NCBI GenBank assembly: GCA_043742825.1
Contig: JAYTXQ010000227.1
Span: 963 to 64,962 of the forward strand
Origin: Caulobacteraceae bacterium
GTDB lineage: Bacteria; Pseudomonadota; Alphaproteobacteria; Caulobacterales; Caulobacteraceae
DNA: 64,000 bases
Reading direction: 5' to 3'
A program made the position numbers and the translations under genes. Each line of letters begins with the position of its first letter. The stretch's first letter is position 1. Of the stretch, positions 45,573 to 55,320 are shown in pieces. The notes below the pieces were generated by a model that ran no database searches, was not told the origin of the DNA, and saw only the letters and a list, made by a program, of their open reading frames with translations.

Positions 45573-46928
45573 GTGAGTTTTGTCAGCCAAAAGACCGCCG
45601 ACTGGCGCGACCCGGTCGAAGTCATGGCCCCGTTCGCGGACAAGCCGTTTGCACTGTTAATGTTGTCCAACGGATCGCCAGGTGCCCGCTGGTCCTACCT
45701 CTCGCTGCTGGCCGACGACAGCGAAAAGCTCTGGCCGGACGATGCGGATACGAGCTTTGCCAGCCTGGCGGAATGGTTGACGCGCAATGACCGTGCGGCC
45801 CCGCTCACCCAGGCCCCCCCCCCGTTCCAGGGCGGCATTGTCGCCCTGGCCGCTTATGAATATGCAGACCGGCTTGAACAGCTGGACCTGCTGCGGGACC
45901 CCGACTGGCCCGACCTGTGTCTGATTGAGGTCGGCGCGGTTCTGGCTTTTGACCATGAGCAAAAGCGCGTCCTGGCAGTGGGACGGGGCATGGCCCCAAG
46001 TGCCGCGAAGCGTGCGGTTTCTGTTGCCCTGTCCTGGCTGACAGGCACGGCTGCCAAGCTACCGTCATCAATCAGTCTGGCCGATGAGTTTACCTGCGAA
46101 ACGGACGCTGCGGTGTATGAAGCGGCTGTCACCGACGTGATCGGACGGATCGCAGCGGGTGAGATATTCCAGGCCAATATCGCCAGAACCTGGACCGGGA
46201 CCCTGCGGCCAGAGGCCACCCCTTTCGATGTTTTTCGCCGCCTGACCGCTCAGAGTCCGGCTCCCTATAGTGCCTATCTGCGCCTGCCAGGTTTGGCTCT
46301 GGTCTCGCATTCGCCCGAACAGTTTGTCGCAATCGCCGCCGATGGGAAGACCGTCACCTCCAGGCCAATCAAGGGCACGCGGCCACGTGGCGAGACGCCG
46401 GAGGCGGACGCCGAACAGATTGCAGCTTTACTGGCTAGCGACAAGGAACGAGCGGAGAACCTAATGATCGTCGATCTGGTCCGCAATGACCTTGCACGAG
46501 TGTGCATTGCGGGCTCGGTAAAGACCCCAGAGCTCTTCGCCGTGCAAACCTTTCCCGCTGTGCACCACCTGGTCTCCACCATCACGGGCACCATGATCGA
46601 TGGGTTAGGGCCCGCCGATCTGTTGGCCGCTACCTTCCCACCGGGGTCTATCACCGGTGCCCCGAAAATCCAGGCCATGAAGGTGATCGCCGGCCACGAG
46701 CCACCGCGCGGCCCCTGGTGCGGCACGCTGGCCTGGGTGGGCTATAATGGAGCCATGGACTCCAGCGTCCTAATCCGCACTGCCGCCTTCGTTCAGGACG
46801 CCGAGGGCTGGCGGTTTCGCGCAACTGCGGGGGCCGGTATCGTCGCCGACAGCAACCCGGTGGCCGAGCGCGAAGAGACGGAGGTAAAGATTGCCGGCTT
46901 GCGCCGGGCCCTGGTGGAACCGCGATGA
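45573..46928 (+). CDS. pabB: aminodeoxychorismate synthase component I
   Basis: 451 aa (GTG start). Chorismate-binding blocks PIKGTRPRG, AENLMIVDLVRNDL and GSITGAPK. Followed by an overlapping class IV aminotransferase gene. Confidence 0.8.
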   Translation: MSFVSQKTADWRDPVEVMAPFADKPFALLMLSNGSPGARWSYLSLLADDSEKLWPDDADTSFASLAEWLTRNDRAAPLTQAPPPFQGGIVALAAYEYADRLEQLDLLRDPDWPDLCLIEVGAVLAFDHEQKRVLAVGRGMAPSAAKRAVSVALSWLTGTAAKLPSSISLADEFTCETDAAVYEAAVTDVIGRIAAGEIFQANIARTWTGTLRPEATPFDVFRRLTAQSPAPYSAYLRLPGLALVSHSPEQFVAIAADGKTVTSRPIKGTRPRGETPEADAEQIAALLASDKERAENLMIVDLVRNDLARVCIAGSVKTPELFAVQTFPAVHHLVSTITGTMIDGLGPADLLAATFPPGSITGAPKIQAMKVIAGHEPPRGPWCGTLAWVGYNGAMDSSVLIRTAAFVQDAEGWRFRATAGAGIVADSNPVAEREETEVKIAGLRRALVEPR

Positions 46929-47686
46929 CTGTCGAAGCCTCTGACAGAGGTCTTTTGCTTGGCGACGGATTATTCGAAACGGTTTTGTGGACGGATGGCC
47001 GTCTGGATAGGTTCGACGCCCATGCTGCGCGCCTCATCGCCGGATGCGAGGTATTGGACCTGCCGGCACCTGCCGAAGCGCGCCTGCGCGCCGCCGCTAT
47101 GGAAGCTATATCGCGGGGAGTTCTGGAGACGACACGCGCCGCCGTGCGCCTGACCTGGACCGCCGGACCGGGCGGCCGAGGACTCGACCGCCCCCCCGTA
47201 CCGACCCCCGTTCTACTCGCCACCGCAGCACCATCGCCAAGCCCAGTCGATGCGGTAAGGCTAGCCACCGTATCAGTGCGCCGAAACGAGGGCTCGCTTT
47301 CGTCGCGGCTGAAGACTTTGGCCTATCTCGACAACGTTCTGGCCCGGCGCGAGGCCCTTAGGCTCGGCGCGGAGGAAGCCCTGATGCTCAACAACCGTGG
47401 CGAAATCACCTGCGCAGCGGCGGCAAATCTGTTCTGGTTCGAAGCTGACATGTTGATCACACCGACGCTGGAGTGCGGGGTTCTGGACGGGGTGATGCGA
47501 CGGGCGGTCATCGAGCAGGCTGGGGACCTCGGCATCGATGTGCGGGAGGTACGATCCCCCAGCTCCGCTTTGGCGGCGGCGTCCGGCCTGTTTCTGACCA
47601 ACAGCCTGATCGGGGTTCGAGCTGTGGCAAGCCTGGATGGAAACGACATGCCGAGCCACCCGTTAACGGCTCAGCTTAAACCTTAA
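46925..47686 (+). CDS. pabC: aminodeoxychorismate lyase (class IV aminotransferase fold)
   Basis: 253 aa with a 4-nt overlap with pabB. DRGLLLGDGLFETV start and ...LKTLAYLDNVLARREA... Confidence 0.7.
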   Translation: MTVEASDRGLLLGDGLFETVLWTDGRLDRFDAHAARLIAGCEVLDLPAPAEARLRAAAMEAISRGVLETTRAAVRLTWTAGPGGRGLDRPPVPTPVLLATAAPSPSPVDAVRLATVSVRRNEGSLSSRLKTLAYLDNVLARREALRLGAEEALMLNNRGEITCAAAANLFWFEADMLITPTLECGVLDGVMRRAVIEQAGDLGIDVREVRSPSSALAAASGLFLTNSLIGVRAVASLDGNDMPSHPLTAQLKP

Positions 47687-47877
47687 AATATCGCGTAGAC
47701 AAATGGAGCGACGTAGCTGAGGCCGCCGGCGACGACCAGGAGGATCGCACTGACCGCGAGGAGCACCACTACCGGCAAAAGAAACCATCGGCCACGACTG
47801 GTAAAGTGGCGCAGCAGCGCCCCGACGGTCGAGCCGCGCGACAAAAACCGGGATAGACGCGATTGATACACGTTCAT
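47683..47877 (-). CDS. DUF5989 family small membrane protein
   Basis: 64 aa with a single TM and C-terminus ...YVAPFVYAIF, the recalled DUF5989 ending (APFIYTLF). Sits immediately downstream of the carbamoyltransferase gene, the usual context. Confidence 0.6.
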   Translation of the reverse strand: MNVYQSRLSRFLSRGSTVGALLRHFTSRGRWFLLPVVVLLAVSAILLVVAGGLSYVAPFVYAIF

Positions 47878-47881
47878 CGGC

Positions 47882-49591
47882 TCATCTCCGTCTGATCAGA
47901 ATGTCTTGCACCAGCATGGCGTCCACCGAATGGGAAACGAAGAAGGCCAGTGCGTCCGCCTCGCTGGCAACGATCGGCTCGCCAGCTCCGTTAAGCGAGG
48001 TGTTGAGCACGATCGGGACGTCCGTGCGGCGGTTGACGGCCTTTAGCAGGCGATGAAAATCCGGCGACGCCTCAGCGCTGACCGTCTGTGCGCGCGAGGT
48101 GCCGTCCACATGCGTAACCGCCTGAAGATTTTGGGTTCGTGCCGGCGTCACCCGGGCCGTTGTTGTCATGAAGGGGGCCATATCGTTATCGATTTCAGTG
48201 AACCAGGACCCCGCTTCGTCGGCGAGCACGGCCGGCGCGAAGGGACGGAAGGGCTCGCGCTTCTTGATGATCCGATTGAGCCGCTCGCGCATCTCACTGT
48301 TTCCAGGTGAGGCCAAGATGGAGCGCTGTCCCAGGGCGCGAGGGCCCCATTCGAAACGGCCGCGGGCGAAGGCGACGACCTTGTCCTGAGCAATCAGCTC
48401 TGCCGCGGCCTCGACCGCGTCCGGCGGCGTTTCGAAGTATAATCCCAGACGGGCCGCCAAGTCGCGGGCGACATCGTTGCACAGGCCCATGCCGAGCGCA
48501 GCCGTGTTCATCGCCTGGGGCCGGCGACCATCGAGGTCCACCGAGCCCAGCATCGCGGCACCCAGAGCCCCCCCGGCATCGCCCGCGGCAGGCTGAACAA
48601 ACACTCGAGCGAACCCTGCTTCACGCAACACCCTGGCGTTGGCAACACAGTTGAGAGCAACGCCGCCGGCCAGACACAGATCCTCGCAGCCAGTTCGGCG
48701 ACGGGCTTCCTTGGCCAGGGCGATGATCGCCTCCTCGGTGGCCTGCTGCAGGCTGGCGGCGATATCGGCGTAGAGCTGGTCCTCGAACGAATCGGCGATT
48801 TCCCAGGGCTTGCCGACCGGGCGACGTGGGCCCAACAGCGTCTCCAGCTTGGGGCTGAAGGCGATATCAGTGTCGGTGTGGAAGGCGAAATAGGCCAGAT
48901 CGAGCTCGAAGGCGCCTTCCGCCCGGGGTTTCAACAGCCGGTCGATGGCGTCGCGGTATCGCGGGCTGCCGAACGCCGCAAGGCCCATGACTTTGTATTC
49001 GCCCTCGTTGACTTCAAAGCCCAGATAGGCGGTCAGCGCGGCGTAGAGCAGGCCCAGGGAATGAGGATATTCAATGGATCCCAGGCCGGTGATTGAGGTC
49101 CCCTCTCCGCGCCAAATGGCCGTGGAAACGGCCTCGCCCACGCCGTCGATGGTCAGGATCGCGGCCCGATCATAGGGGCTGGCGAAGAAGGCGCTGGCAG
49201 CATGGCTGCGATGATGGCTGGTGTGGACGACCTTGGCCCTTGGCACATCCAGCATTGCAGCGATGGCGTCCAGAACCCAGACCTTGGTGCTCAGTTGCGC
49301 CCGCATGGCACCGGGGAACTGTCGCCAGGAGCGCGGGAAGGTGCGCAAGGATGCCATAATTACCCGCTCTAGCCGGGCGAAAGGGTCTTCGTAAAACACC
49401 ACCTGGTCGATGTCGCCGCTGGTCAATCCGGCCATTGCGAGACAGGCTAGGGCGGCCTGGACCGGCAGACCCGCCTCATTCTTGCGCCGCGAAAACCGCT
49501 CTTCCTGCATCGCCGCGACGATTCGGCCATCGACCACCAGGGCCGCAGCTGAGTCATGGTAATAGGCGGAAATCCCCAGAACCACGCTCAT
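47882..49591 (-). CDS. NodU/CmcH-family carbamoyltransferase
   Basis: 569 aa. VLGISAYYHDSAAALVVDGRIVAAMQEERFSRRKN is the family's hallmark N-terminus. Confidence 0.85.
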   Translation of the reverse strand: MSVVLGISAYYHDSAAALVVDGRIVAAMQEERFSRRKNEAGLPVQAALACLAMAGLTSGDIDQVVFYEDPFARLERVIMASLRTFPRSWRQFPGAMRAQLSTKVWVLDAIAAMLDVPRAKVVHTSHHRSHAASAFFASPYDRAAILTIDGVGEAVSTAIWRGEGTSITGLGSIEYPHSLGLLYAALTAYLGFEVNEGEYKVMGLAAFGSPRYRDAIDRLLKPRAEGAFELDLAYFAFHTDTDIAFSPKLETLLGPRRPVGKPWEIADSFEDQLYADIAASLQQATEEAIIALAKEARRRTGCEDLCLAGGVALNCVANARVLREAGFARVFVQPAAGDAGGALGAAMLGSVDLDGRRPQAMNTAALGMGLCNDVARDLAARLGLYFETPPDAVEAAAELIAQDKVVAFARGRFEWGPRALGQRSILASPGNSEMRERLNRIIKKREPFRPFAPAVLADEAGSWFTEIDNDMAPFMTTTARVTPARTQNLQAVTHVDGTSRAQTVSAEASPDFHRLLKAVNRRTDVPIVLNTSLNGAGEPIVASEADALAFFVSHSVDAMLVQDILIRRR

Positions 49592-49607
49592 GGGTCAAAC
49601 GTCGCCA

Positions 49608-50309
49608 TCACGACTCGTCCGCCCGAATGTCCGGCACCGACCAGCCTGACGGTGCCGGCCGCAGCCATGCGGCGAGCAGAGTGAAGGGCGCGAGCAGAGC
49701 ATAAAAGGCCAGCATCAGCACGAAATAGAACCCTTCCGCCGCTGCCCGCCCAAGCCGACGCCAATGTCTCCAGGCTTCCCACAAGGCGGCGAGTGTGAGC
49801 TCCTTGCGGGCATTCGCCTCGCCGCCGGCCAGCTCGACCAGCAGAGCGCGGGTATAGGTCTCGTGGCGAGTTTCATCGCGCACGATCGCCTCGAACATTG
49901 CCCGGGTCTTGTTGTCGCCCTGCCTCGCGAACCAGGCCTTGTAGGTTTCGAACTGCGCCCGACCGCGACGTTCGCCGCGATGGACAAAGGCCAGGAACCG
50001 AACCTCGCCCAGGCGTTCGAACAAATTTTCGAAATCCGCGTGTGGAAAGCCCAGACTGGGGCGGCCGCCTTCAACGCGCAGTTCGTTGGCGCGCATCGCG
50101 AACATGCGGGCGTGCCGGTTCTCATCCAGCATGTGCTGCAAATACAGGGCCGCGCGCTGCGGCGATGTGGTCAATCGGGAGGCCGCGTTCAGATCCAGCA
50201 TGCTGCTGTGTTCAGCAAAAGAAAAGCCATGCAGCTTGCGCGCGCCGTGCCCCGGGATACGCCAGACAATGGGGTTTACGAGTCTGGCCAGAAGCGCCGT
50301 CATGTCCAC
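49608..50309 (-). CDS. ferritin-like di-iron fold protein with C-terminal TM segment
   Basis: 233 aa with two ExxH motifs (DENRH, DETRH) in helical context and the TM segment GFYFVLMLAFYALLAPFTLLAAWL. Confidence 0.55.
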   Translation of the reverse strand: MDMTALLARLVNPIVWRIPGHGARKLHGFSFAEHSSMLDLNAASRLTTSPQRAALYLQHMLDENRHARMFAMRANELRVEGGRPSLGFPHADFENLFERLGEVRFLAFVHRGERRGRAQFETYKAWFARQGDNKTRAMFEAIVRDETRHETYTRALLVELAGGEANARKELTLAALWEAWRHWRRLGRAAAEGFYFVLMLAFYALLAPFTLLAAWLRPAPSGWSVPDIRADES

Positions 50310-50425
50310 TTAATCCCGGTGCAATGCCTGAGACCTCACATCCCAGACGAAAAACGATCTCCACTCCAAATAAACCCGTTGGCGAAGTCTTGGTTCCCGC
50401 AAAGTCTATCAATAGGTACCAGCCC

Positions 50426-51613
50426 ATGCCGAAGCGATTGATGCGCCTGGGACTGGCGCTCGGCCTCGCCGCCGGAGGCGCAGCCGTCGTCTATGATTTT
50501 GGCGCTTCGCCGTATGTTGCCAGCTATGCGCTGATCACCCTGGCGGCGCTCATCGCCGTTGCGGGCACCGGCTGGCCTTCAGGACGCAGCAAGCGACTCT
50601 TTTTGCTGACAGCGGTATCTATGCTCTGCCTGGCTGCGCTGGACGCCGAGGTCGGCCTGATCTTCTTTCCCAGAATCACCATGGAGGGCCGCTCAGACAG
50701 ATTCATTATCCCCGACCCCCTTTTGGGGTATGCGCCCCGGCCAGGCGTGCGCGCCCGCATTATCTGGCGACGGTTTGGCCGGACGATCTATGACGCCCAC
50801 TATGGCATCGATCCGCGAGGCCATCGCCTGACCGTCGGATCAAACGATCACTCGGCGACATCGGTCGTCTTTGTCGGCGATTCCTATACCTTCGGCGATG
50901 GCCTGAACGACACCCAGGCCCTGCCGGCACGGTTTTCGCAGACCACGGGTTTCGCTCTGAAAGTGACCAACGCCGCGTTCAGTGGCTATGGGACCAACCA
51001 GGTTCTGCGCCTGGTGGACTCTGGCCGCCTTATCCCCGACCTCAAGTCCGGCCCGAGATTGATTATCTATTCGGCCAGTGACCAACAGCTTGGCCGCATC
51101 GATGACCGGGCGTGGGTTCATCGCGCGGGGACACCGCGTTTCGTGCTCGAAGAAGGCAGATTGCGCGATGCTGGCGTTTTTGAACCCGGATGGCTCGGCA
51201 CCAGCGTCGCTCTGGCGTCCCGCAGCGCGATCGTCGCCGGACTTCGTGATCTTGCCTTAGCCGCACCAAGTCCGGCAAGCGCCAGGCTGTTTGGCGCCAT
51301 GGTCGCGGCGGCGCGTGATGCGGCCAAGCTTCGGTATGGGGCCGATTTTCTGGTGCTCCTGTGGGACGAACCAGCATGGCAGGACGGTGGCGACGTGGGC
51401 CGTGCGCGCCAAAGGACGGCGGCCGTGCAGGCGATGGCCGCAGAAATGCAGGCTCGCGGCGTCCCCTATTTGCGTGTGTCGGCGCTGATCCCCGACTATA
51501 CCAGCCAAATGTCGTCTTATGTTCTGTCCGGTAGCGGCCATCCCTCCGCAGCGCTCAATCAACGCCTCGCCCGCGCCCTGGCTGGCAAGCTCGCACTGTC
51601 GTCGCGCCAATGA
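50426..51613 (+). CDS. membrane-anchored SGNH/GDSL hydrolase family protein
   Basis: ATG 50426 within ORF 49898..51613. Two N-terminal TM segments, block I VVFVGDSYTFGDG, and a later ...GSGHPS block. Confidence 0.65.
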   Translation: MPKRLMRLGLALGLAAGGAAVVYDFGASPYVASYALITLAALIAVAGTGWPSGRSKRLFLLTAVSMLCLAALDAEVGLIFFPRITMEGRSDRFIIPDPLLGYAPRPGVRARIIWRRFGRTIYDAHYGIDPRGHRLTVGSNDHSATSVVFVGDSYTFGDGLNDTQALPARFSQTTGFALKVTNAAFSGYGTNQVLRLVDSGRLIPDLKSGPRLIIYSASDQQLGRIDDRAWVHRAGTPRFVLEEGRLRDAGVFEPGWLGTSVALASRSAIVAGLRDLALAAPSPASARLFGAMVAAARDAAKLRYGADFLVLLWDEPAWQDGGDVGRARQRTAAVQAMAAEMQARGVPYLRVSALIPDYTSQMSSYVLSGSGHPSAALNQRLARALAGKLALSSRQ

Positions 51614-51705
51614 CCTATCGCGCCCGGTTCCGCAACGTGACCGTTTTGCATTGCACGCGGTTGGGTTAGACAGACTTAAGACCGAACACGACGGGAGCTG
51701 GATAA

Positions 51706-52686
51706 ATGACGTCGGAACTGGACGAGCCCCTCGCTCGCATGGCCAAGGCTCGCCTCGGCGGCCTGGGCGTCGCCGACGTAGCTCGGATGTCAGCCGGGGC
51801 TTCGCAGGAGATATGGCGGTTTTCGGTTTTGAGTCACGATGGGCCTGTGCCCATGGTCCTGCGTCGCGCACCGGGCGGGGGTCGTGTTTCCGACCTGGCG
51901 ATAGGCCTTGAGGTCGAGGCCCAATTGATCGAGGCCGCTGCGGCGGTCGGTGTGCCGGTGCCCAGCGTCCCATGGGTCCTGACCCCGGAAGACGGCCTCG
52001 GACGCGGATTTATCATGGGTTTTGTCGAGGGCGAGACTTTAGGGGGGCGGATCGTCAAGAGCCCGGAGCTCGCTGTGGCCCGGGAATTCCTGGCCCACCA
52101 ATGCGGCGAGATCATTGCCAGGATCCACACAATGAATCCGGATGATTTCCCGACCCTGCGCCGTTACACGCCTGCCGAGCAGGTGGCGCAATACAAAGAG
52201 ACCTACCTGGCGACCAACTGGCCGAGACCCGTGTTTGATCTGGCCTTTTGCTGGCTGGAGGACAACTGCCCACCGCCGCCGAAACACCCCAAACTGGTGC
52301 ACGGTGATTTTCGCAACGGCAATCTGATGATCGGCCCGGACGGGGTGCGTGCGGTATTGGACTGGGAGATCGCCCATATCGCCGACCCCATGGCGGATCT
52401 GGGATGGCTGTGCACGAGTTGCTGGCGCTTTGGCATGATCGACAAACCCGTCGGCGGCTTTGGTCTACGCGAAGATCTTTGGGCCGGCTACGAAACGGCC
52501 GGCGGCGCTCCGGTCAATCGTGACCACGCCAAGTTCTGGGAAGTCTTCGGTTCGATCCGCTGGGGTGTCATGTGCTGCGGCATGAGCGAGAGCTTCCGCA
52601 CGGTCGATCCCAGCGTCGAGCGCGCCGTGATTGCCCGTCGCAGCAGCGAAAACGAGATCGATCTCTTGCGGCTGATCGCGGCCTGA
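51706..52686 (+). CDS. phosphotransferase (APH/choline-kinase fold) family protein
   Basis: 326 aa with the Brenner/APH motif LVHGDFRNGNLMI and DWE. Confidence 0.8.
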   Translation: MTSELDEPLARMAKARLGGLGVADVARMSAGASQEIWRFSVLSHDGPVPMVLRRAPGGGRVSDLAIGLEVEAQLIEAAAAVGVPVPSVPWVLTPEDGLGRGFIMGFVEGETLGGRIVKSPELAVAREFLAHQCGEIIARIHTMNPDDFPTLRRYTPAEQVAQYKETYLATNWPRPVFDLAFCWLEDNCPPPPKHPKLVHGDFRNGNLMIGPDGVRAVLDWEIAHIADPMADLGWLCTSCWRFGMIDKPVGGFGLREDLWAGYETAGGAPVNRDHAKFWEVFGSIRWGVMCCGMSESFRTVDPSVERAVIARRSSENEIDLLRLIAA

Positions 52687-52687
52687 C

Positions 52688-53092
52688 ATGCAAGATCAAC
52701 CCAACCCCAACGAGGTTCTCGCCGCCGTCGCCCGGTTTCTGAAAGCCGATGTTGCGCCCGCCCTTTCAGGCCATACGGGATTCCAGGTGCGGGTCGCCGC
52801 CAATGCCCTGGAGATGATGGCCCGCCAGCTCGACCTGACACCTGCAAGCGACGCCGATGAACTGGCGACCCTCAGAGCCTTGCTTGGCCAAGACGGGGAT
52901 TTGACCCATCTGAATGCGGAGCTCTCCCGCCGCATCCTGGATCGCCAGATGGATTTGAACACGCCCGGTCTTGCGGAACACCTATGGGCGACGACCATGG
53001 CAAAACTTGCTGTGGACCAGCCCACCTATGCCGCCTACCGTGCCAGACTGGCGACGCGCGAGCCCGACCCCAACCCCGCCGACCGATCATAG
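52688..53092 (+). CDS. DUF6285 domain protein
   Basis: 134 aa. PNEVLAAVARFLKADVAPALSGHTGFQVRVAANALEMMARQL fits the recalled DUF6285 pattern. It lies between the APH-like and acyl-CoA dehydrogenase genes, its usual context. Confidence 0.6.
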   Translation: MQDQPNPNEVLAAVARFLKADVAPALSGHTGFQVRVAANALEMMARQLDLTPASDADELATLRALLGQDGDLTHLNAELSRRILDRQMDLNTPGLAEHLWATTMAKLAVDQPTYAAYRARLATREPDPNPADRS

Positions 53093-53108
53093 CCTAAGAG
53101 GAAACGCC

Positions 53109-54434
53109 ATGGATTTCGCCCTGTCACCTGAGCTCACCGCCTATCTGGCTGAGCTGGACGCCTTCATCGAAGCCAAGATCAAACCGATCGAACAGCGAGA
53201 TGACAATATCCGTTTTTTTGATCACCGCCGCGAGAATGCCCGTACCGACTGGGACAACAATGGTTTGCCCCGGCACGAGTGGGAGGAACTCCTGGCCGAG
53301 GCACGGGCGGTCGCGAATGAGGCAGGGCACCTGCGTTATGGCTGGCCCAAGGAAATGGGCGGGCAAGGGGGCAGCAACCTGGATATGGCGGTCATCCGCG
53401 AGCACCTGGCGGCCAGAGGACTTGGCCTGCACAACGACCTGCAGACCGAGCATTCGATCGTCGGAAACAACCCGTTCATCCTGATGTTCAAGGAATTTGC
53501 CACCAACGCCCAGTACGAAATGTACGGCGAAAAGCTGCTGGCCGGCCAGATCCGTACCGGCTTTGGCCTGACCGAACCCAACCACGGCTCTGACGCCACC
53601 TTTATGGAAACCCGCGCCGTGCGCGAGGACAAGGACGGGGTTGCCGGCTGGCGGATCAATGGCGAGAAGATGTGGACCACCGGCATGCACGTGGCCAACT
53701 ACATCATGGTTTTCGCCCGCACGAGCGGCAAGGACGGAGATTCCACTGGCCTGACGGTGTTCCTTGTTCCCGCAGATAATCCTGGGGTAAAGATTGAGGA
53801 ATATCTGTGGACCTTCAACATGCCCACCGATCACCCGCGCGTCAGCCTCACCAACATCTGGGTCAGCGATGATGCCATCTGGGGCGTTGAAGGCCGGGGC
53901 TTAGGGCTAGGCCAAAGCTTCGTGCACCAGAACCGTATCCGTCAGGCCGCCTCATCCCTGGGCGCGGCGGTCTATTGCGTCGAAGAAAGCGTCAAATATG
54001 CCCGCATGCGCAAGCCCTTCGGCAAGCCTTTGTCCGACAATCAAGCCATCCAGTTTCCCTTGGTCGAACTGGCTACTCAGTGCGAAATGCTGCGCCTGCT
54101 GATCCGCAAGACCGCATGGGAAATGGACAACATGCCCCACAAGGAGGTGGAAAAACAGATCTCCGACAAGGTCTCCATGTGCAATTATTGGGGCAATCGC
54201 TTGGTCTGCGAAGCCGCCGACCGGGCCATGCAGGTGCATGGCGGTATCGGCTATTCCCGCCACAAATCTTTCGAACACATCTATCGCCACCACCGCCGCT
54301 ACCGCATCACTGAAGGCAGCGAAGAAATCCAGATGCGCAAAGTCGCGGCCTTCCTGTTCGGCTATCTAGGGCCCAAAAGGGAGACATACAAAACCCTGAC
54401 CTGGGACGACGTGGATTATCGCAAGGGGAATTAG
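53109..54434 (+). CDS. acyl-CoA dehydrogenase
   Basis: ATG 53109 within ORF 52971..54434. GFGLTEPNHGSDA, KMWTTG and the C-terminal QVHGGIGYS...YRITEGSEEIQ blocks. Confidence 0.85.
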   Translation: MDFALSPELTAYLAELDAFIEAKIKPIEQRDDNIRFFDHRRENARTDWDNNGLPRHEWEELLAEARAVANEAGHLRYGWPKEMGGQGGSNLDMAVIREHLAARGLGLHNDLQTEHSIVGNNPFILMFKEFATNAQYEMYGEKLLAGQIRTGFGLTEPNHGSDATFMETRAVREDKDGVAGWRINGEKMWTTGMHVANYIMVFARTSGKDGDSTGLTVFLVPADNPGVKIEEYLWTFNMPTDHPRVSLTNIWVSDDAIWGVEGRGLGLGQSFVHQNRIRQAASSLGAAVYCVEESVKYARMRKPFGKPLSDNQAIQFPLVELATQCEMLRLLIRKTAWEMDNMPHKEVEKQISDKVSMCNYWGNRLVCEAADRAMQVHGGIGYSRHKSFEHIYRHHRRYRITEGSEEIQMRKVAAFLFGYLGPKRETYKTLTWDDVDYRKGN

Positions 54435-54516
54435 GGAGCGCGCGCTTGTTTGCGTTTGGACGCCGTATCCGTGTCATGTATATTGAGCGTGTCCGTATAA
54501 ACATTCGAGACAACAA

Positions 54517-54753
54517 ATGGCTCTACAAATCGCAAATCCCGTCGTCGTTGCGAAGGTGCAACGGCTGGCCCGCGCTGTCGGCATGACAAAGACGGCTCTT
54601 GTCGAACGGGCGATTGATAGCTTGGCGGGGGAAATTCATCGCGTGTCCGACATAGGACGAATGGCTGCACTATTGGCTCAACTCGACCGCATCCCAGATC
54701 GCACGGATGCTTTCGATCCTCTGGATTGGGACAGCCACGGCCTACCGAAGTGA
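54517..54753 (+). CDS. vapB: VapB-family (Rv0623/FitA-like) antitoxin
   Basis: 78 aa. MALQIANPVVVAKVQRLARAVGMTKTALVERAI... and C-terminal ...DPLDWDSHGLPK. GTGA overlap with the PIN gene. Confidence 0.75.
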   Translation: MALQIANPVVVAKVQRLARAVGMTKTALVERAIDSLAGEIHRVSDIGRMAALLAQLDRIPDRTDAFDPLDWDSHGLPK

Positions 54754-55170
54754 TCGTTGTCGATACCTCCGCGATCGTCGCAATTGTCTTTGGCGAGCCA
54801 GAACGTGAGGCGTTTTTTGACATCATTCGTAAGGCCGGCAAGGCTTTGATTAGCACCGTGTCGGTAGTTGAGGCCAAGATGGTAGTTCACGGTCGGCGGG
54901 GTGAGCGCGCAGTCGTTCTGGTCGACGACCTGTTACGGCTCGAAGCTTTCGAGGTTGTGGCACCGGGCGTGCCGGAGATGAACGCTGCCTATTCTGCCTT
55001 CGTCGCTTTCGGCAAGGGCAGCGGCCACCCCGCAAGCCTGAATTTTCGGCGCTGTCTTCAGTTATGCCCTGGCTAAGGTGAGGGGCCAGCAGCTGCTGTT
55101 CAAAGGCAATGACTTCGCGCAAACCGATGTGGCTAGCGCTGTCGCGACGCACACCGCCACCCGCCCGTGA
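54750..55170 (+). pseudogene. vapC: VapC (PIN-domain) toxin with +1 frameshift in a T4 run
   Basis: GTG 54750: VIVVDTSAIVAIVFGEPE... In the annotated frame it ends ...SLNFRRCLQLCPG* (55076). Removing one T from TTTT 55043-55046 restores LNFGAVFSYALAKVRGQQLLFKGNDFAQTDVA...* (stop 55168-55170), the canonical VapC C-terminus. Confidence 0.7.
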
Positions 55171-55320
55171 TAAAGTTGCGCGTGCGGTTTCTGGTAGGCA
55201 GCTTATGCAAAATCGCGAAGGGCGGGATTCTGATCTTTTCAATCAAGCTGAAACACGCCACCAGGCCAAAGTTGGGGTAATTGGGAGTTACCGTAGGACG
55301 ACCTAAGCTATCCAACTCGC

